NCBI GenBank assembly: GCA_002410125.1 | Contig: DHQH01000079.1 | Coordinates: 400-38,626, forward strand | Origin: Alphaproteobacteria bacterium UBA5343 | Lineage (GTDB): Bacteria > Pseudomonadota > Alphaproteobacteria > RF32 > UBA5343 | Length of the DNA stretch: 38,227 bases | Direction of reading: 5' to 3' | Shown here: positions 9,316 to 16,733 of the stretch, one piece after another | Layout: each line of letters begins with the position of its first letter | How positions within the stretch are numbered: the first letter of the stretch is position 1 | The notes under the pieces: model-generated | Seen by the model: only the letters and a program-made list of their open reading frames with translations | The model's database searches: none | What the model was told of the DNA's origin: nothing | Made by a program: the position numbers and the translations under genes

Positions 9316-9576
9316 TTATAAAGCCTTAATTTGAGCTGACAATCTAGAAACATTTCTTGAAACAAAGTTCTTATGGAAAATACCTCTGCTAGCAGCTTTC
9401 ATAAGCTCAGACTGAGCTGTTTTTAATAAATCTGTAGCAAGAGTTTTATCTTTAGCTGTAATAGCAGCTTCAACTTTTTTTACAAAAGTACGAGCAGTAG
9501 CTCTTCTTGTACCATTAATGATAGCTCTTTTATTGTTTCTAACGATTCTTTTTTTAGCCGATTTATGATGGGCCAT
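9316..9576 (-). CDS. rpsT: 30S ribosomal protein S20
   Basis: 86 aa. MAHHKSAKKRIVRNNKR N-terminus typical of bS20. SD aaaggaaaag upstream. Confidence 0.95.
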   Translation of the reverse strand: MAHHKSAKKRIVRNNKRAIINGTRRATARTFVKKVEAAITAKDKTLATDLLKTAQSELMKAASRGIFHKNFVSRNVSRLSAQIKAL

Positions 9577-9636
9577 CTTCTTTTCCTTTAACTATTTTAC
9601 TTCTAAAAATTTAATAACAAATTCATATGTTGTGCT

Positions 9637-9679
9637 TTTATAGACTTAAAAAGTATAATTAGTCAACTAGTTTTTTCAA
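9637..9679 (-). promoter_or_regulatory. Candidate sigma70-type promoters for rpsT
   Basis: Minus strand has TTGACT-18-TATAAA (9666-9661 / 9642-9637) overlapping TTGAAA-16-TATACT (9679-9674 / 9657-9652). Confidence 0.35.
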
Positions 9680-9716
9680 AAAAAACTATAGATTATCATT
9701 AATTTTATTAGGGTTT

Positions 9717-10484
9717 TTAAAATTTAGGAGCTCTTTTTTCAACTATAGCCTTAATACCCTCTTCCTTATCATCGCTATCAAGGCTGATATAGGAAAGTTT
9801 TCTCTCAATATTAAGTCCTTCATTAAGGTCATTATTTAGGGCAGAGTTAACAGCTTCTTTCGCCATCAATACAGCATTCTTAGACATTTTACCGATTCTA
9901 CTTGCAGCATCCATTGCTTCATCCATCAGATCACTAAGAGCAACAACTCTTGATACTAAACCGATTCTATCTGCTTCATCGGCTTCAATATTTCTACCAG
10001 TTAAAACCATGTCCATAGTCTTTGCTTTACCAATGGTCTTAGTTAGTCTTTGAGTAGCCCCCAATCCAGGAATAACCCCAATGCTCACTTCTGGCTGTCC
10101 AAATTTTGCATTATCAGCTGCAATAATAAAATCACACATCAAAGCAATCTCGCATCCTGCTCCAATTGCAAATCCAGCAACTGCTGCAATAATAGGTTTT
10201 CTGCATTTTGAAATTTTTAGCCAATCACTATTCATAAAATTATTTAGATAAGCATCTTGAGAATTATTATTAGCTAGTTCTTTAATATCGATTCCTGCTG
10301 CAAAGGCTTTTTCATTTCCGGTGATTATAATGCAATTAATAGATTCGTCATTTTCAAATATATCTAATTGTTGATATAATTCTTTAATCAAATCAGAACA
10401 AACTGCATTCATTGCTTTTTCTTTGTTAAATTCAATAATTCCAACAGATTCTTTGCTTGTAACTTTTATATTTTTATAATCCAT
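9717..10484 (-). CDS. Enoyl-CoA hydratase/isomerase (crotonase) family protein
   Basis: 255 aa. Crotonase motifs ITGNEKAFAAGIDIKE and AAVAGFAIGAGCEIALMCDFIIAADNAKFGQPE. Confidence 0.85.
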   Translation of the reverse strand: MDYKNIKVTSKESVGIIEFNKEKAMNAVCSDLIKELYQQLDIFENDESINCIIITGNEKAFAAGIDIKELANNNSQDAYLNNFMNSDWLKISKCRKPIIAAVAGFAIGAGCEIALMCDFIIAADNAKFGQPEVSIGVIPGLGATQRLTKTIGKAKTMDMVLTGRNIEADEADRIGLVSRVVALSDLMDEAMDAASRIGKMSKNAVLMAKEAVNSALNNDLNEGLNIERKLSYISLDSDDKEEGIKAIVEKRAPKF

Positions 10485-10501
10485 AATCTACCTCAAAACC
10501 T

Positions 10502-10885
10502 CTACTCAATATCGCTTTTAACAGTGATTCTAACAATTAAAGGTGAAATTTTGTTAATTTTTTTAATATCTATATTTTCACCCTCTCGAGAAAGTTTAAT
10601 ATATTTTCTACCCTCTGCTAAATATTGCCATCCAAGTTCCACTAAACTTTCTCTATAAAATGTTTTCAAATTTTCAAAACTATCAGCAACTTCTAAATAA
10701 ACTTCAACAATCTTCCCATCTACTGTATCAAAATTAATTCCTTTCTCTTCAATTAATTTTGCATTCTTATATAATGGAACATCTTCAAACCCCTCAATAA
10801 ATTGAGCTTCATTTGCCATAGCATTAAATACTATAAAACAAAAACACATCAAAAATAAAGTCAGTTTTTTCATAATTTTTTCCAT
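10502..10885 (-). CDS. Hypothetical exported protein
   Basis: 127 aa. N-terminal signal-like segment KKLTLFLMCFCFIVFNAMA. No recognisable family. Alternative start at 10873. Confidence 0.5.
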   Translation of the reverse strand: MEKIMKKLTLFLMCFCFIVFNAMANEAQFIEGFEDVPLYKNAKLIEEKGINFDTVDGKIVEVYLEVADSFENLKTFYRESLVELGWQYLAEGRKYIKLSREGENIDIKKINKISPLIVRITVKSDIE

Positions 10886-10913
10886 TAAAATACTTTTATC
10901 TTATATATTTATA

Positions 10914-11756
10914 TCATTTCTGTTTAGATTCACAATAAAAACTCGATCTTCCTCCCAAGAAACTTTTCTTTATCCCGCCAGTTTTATTAAAATCACATTT
11001 ACAATTGGGGCATTTTTGCCCTTCTTTACCATAAACTGCATGCGATAATGTAAAATATCCAACCTCTCCATCTGGCTTTTTATAATCTCTAATAGAAGAA
11101 CCTCCTGCCTTAATAGCTTTATCTAACACATCTTTAATAGCTTTGACTAATTTAATTACTTCTTTTTTATTTAAGGAGTTTGATTCTCTAAAAGGAGAAA
11201 TACCAGCATAATATAATGCTTCACTAGCATAAATGTTCCCGATTCCTACAACTGTTTTTGGGTCAAGTAATGCTGTTTTGATATTTATTTTTTTACTTTT
11301 TAATTTATCTATTAGATATTTTTCATTAAACCCTTTATCAAAAGGTTCAATTCCATTATCTCTAAAGCATCCATGACTATCTATTTGAGCTGATTCGCAA
11401 AGATCAACCATCCCAAATCTACGAGCATCGTTATAAACTAATAATTTTTCATCATCACATTCCAATACCACATGGTCATGCTTTAATTTTTGATAACTTT
11501 TTTTATCCTTTGTTTCAACCGTTCCGCTCATTCCTAAATGCCATATTATACTTTTCTCATTATCGAGTTCTAAAATGAAATATTTTGCTTTGCGATAGAT
11601 TCGTTTAATTGTTGTATTCAAAACATCATTTTCAAAATTATAAGGGATTTCTTTTCTAAGTTTTCGATTGCTAATTTTTATATTTTTAATTTGGTTATTT
11701 AGAAAAACCTTGTTCAAATAATTTTTTACTGTTTCAATTTCTGGTAATTCAGGCAT
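10914..11756 (-). CDS. mutM: Formamidopyrimidine-DNA glycosylase (Fpg/MutM)
   Basis: 280 aa. Catalytic N-terminus MPELPEIETV, H2TH region (GIGNIYASEALYYAGISP). C-terminal finger is CPNC...YCESK, so the fourth Cys is missing. Confidence 0.9.
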   Translation of the reverse strand: MPELPEIETVKNYLNKVFLNNQIKNIKISNRKLRKEIPYNFENDVLNTTIKRIYRKAKYFILELDNEKSIIWHLGMSGTVETKDKKSYQKLKHDHVVLECDDEKLLVYNDARRFGMVDLCESAQIDSHGCFRDNGIEPFDKGFNEKYLIDKLKSKKINIKTALLDPKTVVGIGNIYASEALYYAGISPFRESNSLNKKEVIKLVKAIKDVLDKAIKAGGSSIRDYKKPDGEVGYFTLSHAVYGKEGQKCPNCKCDFNKTGGIKKSFLGGRSSFYCESKQK

Positions 11757-11794
11757 AATAACTCCTGTTAGATATAAAATGGTAAAGTTAATTT

Positions 11795-12685
11795 ATGAGT
11801 ATCATATCAGATATAAAAACAATATGTAAAGTTTTTAGACTTTGTAATATCCTTGCAAAGAATAATGCCCTATTTTTAATTGAAGACATCGATTCGTTAG
11901 CGCTGCCTAAATTCACATCTTATATATTTTGGAATAATAATAAATCACCAAAACCCAAAAGGCTATCTAATGCTATTTCAAATATGCCAATAACAATTAT
12001 TGCCTTTGTAGAATTTATAATTAGTAAGTTTGAAATAAAAGATATCAGACTAGATTTTGAGAAAATAGAAATAGAGCCCTCTAATAACTTCAAAAAGATT
12101 TATAAGAAACCTCTAAATATCGATTCTATCTCTACTTGTTATAAAGCTATTACTAATAATAAAGAAGAGGTATTGGTTAAAATTCTAAATTCTGATTTAG
12201 AAAAACAATATTATGACGATATAAAAATTCTTTATTGGTTGGCTACTCAAATAACAAAAGAGGATTCTCCATTAAATAATTACAATCTAACATCTTTAGT
12301 AAAAGAATTTGATGTATCATATCAAAAGAAACTAGATTTAAGATTCGAAGCTGCAGATATTTCAAATTCATATTATAGTAAAATAAAAACTCCAATTGTT
12401 ATATGGGGGCAAACTGATAAAGAAATAATGGTTTTAAAAAACTATGATGATTATTTCAAAATCAAGCCACAACCAATCTCAAAATTAAAAAAAATCAATA
12501 AAAATATTTCTGGTGTAGGATTCGTTTTTGAGGCTACAAATTCTAGAGCAATTAATCATTCAATCAATCCAGAGGATATAAAATATTTACTAAACAGAAA
12601 AGATAAGTGCCAAAGAAAAAACGCACCATTTGGCTGTCTCACAATGATTATTTTAATCTTAGTAATTCTCTATCTATCTAAGTAA
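11795..12685 (+). CDS. Truncated, degenerate UbiB/ABC1 atypical-kinase-like protein
   Basis: 296 aa versus about 500 for UbiB. Hand alignment to E. coli UbiB: [23 protein letters not shown] ~ [49 protein letters not shown] ~ [37 protein letters not shown] ~ DELNLLRES. Catalytic-loop region degenerate ([10 protein letters not shown] vs FHADMHPGN), no DFG-equivalent. Ends in a hydrophobic tail. Confidence 0.5.
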   Translation: [296 protein letters not shown]

Positions 12686-13219
12686 CTGTCTTTGATAAGT
12701 GCTCATAGATTTATAAACTGCTTTTGCATTCTCATCAGCTCTTTTAATTCCAAGCATAGCCCCCTGCTTATATAACTTCCATGACCTCATCAAATCTTTG
12801 CCACAGCCAACTCCATTAGCTTTCATCCAAGCATAAATCTCAATTGCCTCTTTGTCTTTATTATTAACTCTTCGTTCAATCTCTCTCATCTCAAACGGAG
12901 ATACTCGATTATTCATAACATTTTTGATAATTTGTTTCCATTCGGCTTGTTTTCTTAACTTATATCTAAGTTTTACTTTTCTTTGATTATAAATTGAAAG
13001 CATTCTTTCTTCATCTTGCCTTCTTTTTATCACATCTTCTCTAGATTTATATTCATGAGGTTTAATCTCCACTCCTTTTCTAACATAAAGTGGCAGTCTT
13101 CCTTCATTTTCATTTTTTACAATGTCTCTATACATTTCATCAAGAGATGCCCCAAATGCCATAACATCGGAGTTAATCAAAAATAAACAAGCAAATATAG
13201 TCATAAAAAATATTTTCAT
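12674..13219 (-). CDS. Secreted Sel1-like repeat protein
   Basis: Signal-like MKIFFMTIFACLFLINSDVMA from the ATG at 13219 (the track start at 13228 is TTG). C-terminal Sel1-like segment AIEIYAWMKANGVGCGKDLMRSWKLYKQGAMLG. 3' end overlaps the convergent UbiB-like ORF by 12 nt. Confidence 0.5.
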   Translation of the reverse strand: MKIFFMTIFACLFLINSDVMAFGASLDEMYRDIVKNENEGRLPLYVRKGVEIKPHEYKSREDVIKRRQDEERMLSIYNQRKVKLRYKLRKQAEWKQIIKNVMNNRVSPFEMREIERRVNNKDKEAIEIYAWMKANGVGCGKDLMRSWKLYKQGAMLGIKRADENAKAVYKSMSTYQRQLLR

Positions 13220-13311
13220 AACCACCAAACTATCACTTTAAGTTTTAAATTTTATTAACAAATTATGGCTATAATTAGGACAAAGTAAGATTATAAAGGT
13301 AATAAGTTAAA

Positions 13312-13710
13312 ATGGTAAAATATATTCATATCCCAATAGGTAAGACTGCTAATGGTGCCACCCTTGCACTTCCGAATTATGATAATGATAGTGCAAGCTA
13401 TATGAATATCTATGCTGCAATTCCAAATCGTATGCGTATAAAACCAGGAGCAATCGAACATATTAAAACTGGTATTGGCATAGGTATCCCCAAGGGTTAT
13501 GAATGTTTAATTACCAGTAATTATGAAAAAGTTTTAGATCATGGAATGATTGTTTTAGGGGCACCGCTTGCAATATCTAGCACTTTTAGGGATGAGTTGA
13601 TTGTACCAATTGAAAATAAAGGTAAAGAAACAATAGTAATAAATAGGGGTGATGTTATAGCTAATCTTACCATCAACGAAGTCCAACAAATAATCTGGCA
13701 AGAAGTTTAG
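13312..13710 (+). CDS. dUTPase-fold protein lacking the catalytic motifs
   Basis: 132 aa, collinear with E. coli Dut. Motif changes: motif 1 SAGLDL -> SASYMNI; motif 2 PRSG -> TSNY; motif 3 GLIDSDYQGQ -> LAISSTFRDE; motif 4 GERIAQ -> GDVIAN. Motif 5 (RGxxGFGSTG) is absent because the protein ends. Confidence 0.6.
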   Translation: MVKYIHIPIGKTANGATLALPNYDNDSASYMNIYAAIPNRMRIKPGAIEHIKTGIGIGIPKGYECLITSNYEKVLDHGMIVLGAPLAISSTFRDELIVPIENKGKETIVINRGDVIANLTINEVQQIIWQEV

Positions 13711-13777
13711 TTATTGATAAGTAAGTGAAAAAATGATACTATCTCAATTATAGAGTAATATTTAAGTAATTTATATC

Positions 13778-14332
13778 ATGGACTATCACCGTAAACAGAT
13801 AAAAAAATTAGCCTTAAGAACTCACAAAGAGTTTATGAGGAGGTGTTTTAATATCACAAATAGTATTGAGTTGTCTGACTTTGCTAATTTGCGTTATTTT
13901 ACTAACAAACTAAAGGAAGTTAATGATTTTACAAGTGAATCTGATATTAAGGTTTTGAGGGAATACGATTATAGCGATAATGATATAATGATTTGTTCAA
14001 ACTTCTATAAATATGATGACCAATTTAAAGCTCGAATCTTAAAAAATAAACTTCTTTCAAAGAAGTTAGTTCTGTATGCAAACTTAAAGGGGGAGATATT
14101 TTCTCCTAATTTTGAGAATGAAGTTAATATGTGTGCGGCAGAATATTCTCAATATGATAGTGATATTGAAGGCAATAAGAGAGTTCTAGATTCTTTACCT
14201 AAAGCTAAAAACTTTCATCGTGAAGCATGGTTAAATAAGGTATTAAGAGAGTTGGGGTTTGATGAGGAGCAAGAGAATATAAATAATGAGTTTGAAAATA
14301 CTTATCAATTAGAAAAAAACAGAGGCAGATAG
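13778..14332 (+). CDS. Hypothetical protein (orphan)
   Basis: 184 aa, N/K/E/D-rich. No signal peptide, TM segment or motif I recognise. No clear SD. Confidence 0.4.
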   Translation: MDYHRKQIKKLALRTHKEFMRRCFNITNSIELSDFANLRYFTNKLKEVNDFTSESDIKVLREYDYSDNDIMICSNFYKYDDQFKARILKNKLLSKKLVLYANLKGEIFSPNFENEVNMCAAEYSQYDSDIEGNKRVLDSLPKAKNFHREAWLNKVLRELGFDEEQENINNEFENTYQLEKNRGR

Positions 14333-14420
14333 TTTATATTTAATATTTTTTAATATAATTGTCCTACAGTAAGTTAATAAACAATCATCCAATAATTAGA
14401 TATTACAAGGTTTATGAGCT

Positions 14421-14918
14421 ATGAAAGCAATTAAAACATTTATATTTTTGAGTTTTTTACTTGTTTTTCCATCTATTGCATCTACCCAAATTACAAATTC
14501 AGGCTTACCTTTGCCTAGATTCGTATCTTTAAGACAGAACCAAGCTAACTTAAGATCTGGACCTAATGAGCGATATCCAATTGAATGGGTGTATTTCAAA
14601 AAAGGGTTACCTTTAGAAATTATTGCAGAATTTGATGTTTGGCGTAAAGTCAGAGATTGGGAAGGAACTGAAGGTTGGATTCAAAAAACTTTATTATCTA
14701 GCAAAAGAACTATCAGAGTAAATGGTATTGAAAGAAAGTTATTCTCAAAGGCAGAAGAAAAATCCAAACTAGTTGCAAGAATTGAATCTGGAGTTATTGG
14801 TAGAGTAATGAAATGTCCATCAGATTTAGAATTTTGTAAAGTTGATATTCAAGGGTTTCAGGGTTGGTTAAGACGCAGTGATTTTTGGGGAGTATATACA
14901 GGCGAAAATATTGAATAG
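14421..14918 (+). CDS. Exported bacterial SH3-domain protein (COG3807-like)
   Basis: 165 aa. Signal peptide MKAIKTFIFLSFLLVFPSIAS, then LPLPRFVSLRQNQANLRSGPNERYPIEWVY..GLPLEII..WRKVRD.EGTEGWI, typical of the alphaproteobacterial SH3-like family. Confidence 0.7.
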   Translation: MKAIKTFIFLSFLLVFPSIASTQITNSGLPLPRFVSLRQNQANLRSGPNERYPIEWVYFKKGLPLEIIAEFDVWRKVRDWEGTEGWIQKTLLSSKRTIRVNGIERKLFSKAEEKSKLVARIESGVIGRVMKCPSDLEFCKVDIQGFQGWLRRSDFWGVYTGENIE

Positions 14919-14941
14919 CCCAAAACTTATACTCTAATAAA

Positions 14942-14974
14942 AGAAGCTCTGATAGAAAAACAGAGCTTCTTTTT
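14942..14974. terminator. Bidirectional intrinsic terminator between convergent genes
   Basis: agaagctctg-atagaaaaa-cagagcttct (10 bp perfect). tttt follows on the plus strand and ttttatt on the minus strand. Confidence 0.8.
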
Positions 14975-15133
14975 GATTTGTTGTCTTTGTATAGTAATTC
15001 CTAATGTTATTTGTAGTCTTATTATATGAGTTAAGTTTTAGGCAATAAGAAATTTTGCGATTGATTTTAGCAATTACTAAATGACTTGAGCAAAATATTC
15101 GTAATTAACGAGAAAATTAACCATAGAATAAGA
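14975..15133. repeat. Dispersed intergenic element, copy 2 (second module well conserved, core module diverged)
   Basis: 15019-15133 aligns with 59-180 in long identical blocks: ttattatatgag, gaaattttcga-type block (gaaattttgcga) followed by tgatttta, then taaatgac, gagcaaaatattc, ccatagaataa. 14975-15018 only weakly resembles the core. Abuts the stop codon at 15134. Confidence 0.7.
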
Positions 15134-16525
15134 TTACAGGCCTAATTTAATTTTTGCTACCAATTCCTTAACCGTCGGAATATGCCCATTCTTATATAAT
15201 GGATCATCAGCAAAGTTATAAACTTGATGACCTGCAAATAATAAATTATCTTCCAATCTACCACCATGTCCTAAGTCATATAAAGTTTTATGAATACAAA
15301 AAGATCTAGGATCAGGAGATTTCATAGTTAAACCTTCATATTGTGTCCAAGAAGAGAAAGAACAAGCAGAAATACAGCCCACACAATTTTTTCTATCCTC
15401 TTTAATTCCATCAGCTTCTTGCTGGTTTAAGAATACTAATGTGTTATCAGGAGTTGTTTGGATGATATTATATCCATTTCTTATTTGCGATTCTGCTTTT
15501 TGATAATCAGATGATTTTATAAAATACGACTTACTACCATCTTTAAATTCATAATCAAGTTCATCGCTTTTTTCTTTAGCAAATGGTACTTGTTCTTCTG
15601 TTCTTCTAATAAGTTTTTCTAAGAAACTATTTTTGATAGCTGATGAGAAAAAGCCAGTAGGACTAAATTTTTGTAAAATCACATCGCCTTTTTTTAATGT
15701 CAAAAGAAGTTTCTTAAATGCTTCTGAAACAGGGCTTTCTTTTGTCACCATAGGTCTAGTTCCAAATTGGAAAGCAACATTGCCAAGCTCTTCATTATCA
15801 ATATAATCTTGCCAGTCTTTTAATGCCCAAACACCACCAGCAATAATGATAGGAACATCTTTTGATAGTCCTGCTTTTTCCATAGCTTTTCTAACTTTTA
15901 GGATTCTTTCATAAGGGTCTTCTGGTCGTTTAGGATCTTCTGCATTTGTAAGGCCATTATGTCCACCTGCAAGCCACGGATCTTCATAAACAATTCCACC
16001 AAAGAAATCTACAAAGTTAGAATAAGCCCTTTTCCATAGTATTTGAAAAGCTCTAGCAGATGATACGATAGGGTAGTAATAAACTTCATATTTAGAAGCA
16101 ATTTCACCTAATTTATAAGGAAGACCAGCACCACAAGTAACACCGTGAACAAGTTTTTTTGCTCCATCTAAAACACCATGTAAAATTTCTTCAGCTCCAC
16201 CAGATTCCCAAAGCATATTAATATGAATTCTACCATTGCCTTGTGATTCTTGATGAGCAATTTTTGCTTGAGCAATTCCACCTCTAATTGCCTGCGCAAT
16301 CATCTCTTTGTGTTTTTCTAATCTGCTTTTGCCTTCATATGTTTCTTTTACTACATTTCCATTTTCATCATAAAAATCAGGAGAAATACCAGAGAAAGTT
16401 CCAATTCCACCTTCTCTTGCCCATGCCCCAGCACTCTTACCATCTGAGCCGTTAATTCCCTTTCCACCTTCAACAAGAGGTAATACTTTTTTTCCTGACA
16501 TCATAATGGGATTAAGAACTTTCAT
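15134..16525 (-). CDS. Nitronate monooxygenase / FabK-like flavin TIM-barrel oxidoreductase family protein (long form)
   Basis: 463 aa. N-terminal LPLVEGGKGINGS...AREGGIGTFSG and IIIAGGVWALKDW resemble NMO/2-nitropropane dioxygenase motifs. Family-level call only. Confidence 0.55.
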   Translation of the reverse strand: MKVLNPIMMSGKKVLPLVEGGKGINGSDGKSAGAWAREGGIGTFSGISPDFYDENGNVVKETYEGKSRLEKHKEMIAQAIRGGIAQAKIAHQESQGNGRIHINMLWESGGAEEILHGVLDGAKKLVHGVTCGAGLPYKLGEIASKYEVYYYPIVSSARAFQILWKRAYSNFVDFFGGIVYEDPWLAGGHNGLTNAEDPKRPEDPYERILKVRKAMEKAGLSKDVPIIIAGGVWALKDWQDYIDNEELGNVAFQFGTRPMVTKESPVSEAFKKLLLTLKKGDVILQKFSPTGFFSSAIKNSFLEKLIRRTEEQVPFAKEKSDELDYEFKDGSKSYFIKSSDYQKAESQIRNGYNIIQTTPDNTLVFLNQQEADGIKEDRKNCVGCISACSFSSWTQYEGLTMKSPDPRSFCIHKTLYDLGHGGRLEDNLLFAGHQVYNFADDPLYKNGHIPTVKELVAKIKLGL

Positions 16526-16662
16526 ATAAAATATCCTATCTTCAATTTTTAAGTTGCCCCCATCTTATACATATTGTAACAAAATTGAAACAATTTTTTA
16601 TCCATTGTATAAAAAAAATATAATCTATTTTTTATATTGCTTTTTATATATTCTCTATATTG

Positions 16663-16704
16663 AAAAAAAACAACAAAAAGGCTTGGAAATTTCCAAGCCT
16701 TTTT
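16663..16704 (-). terminator. Intrinsic terminator after pnp (bidirectional shape)
   Basis: Palindrome aggcttggaaatttccaagcct (16679-16700), flanked by an A-run on one side and a T-run on the other. Confidence 0.8.
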
Positions 16705-16733
16705 CATTGTTTCTCAGTCATACCGAGTAGGCA

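Noticed and set aside
15117-15124. CtrA half-site TTAACCAT inside element copy 2
   Set aside because: The motif is disrupted in the homologous position of copy 1, and it lies at a gene 3' end. Treated as incidental.
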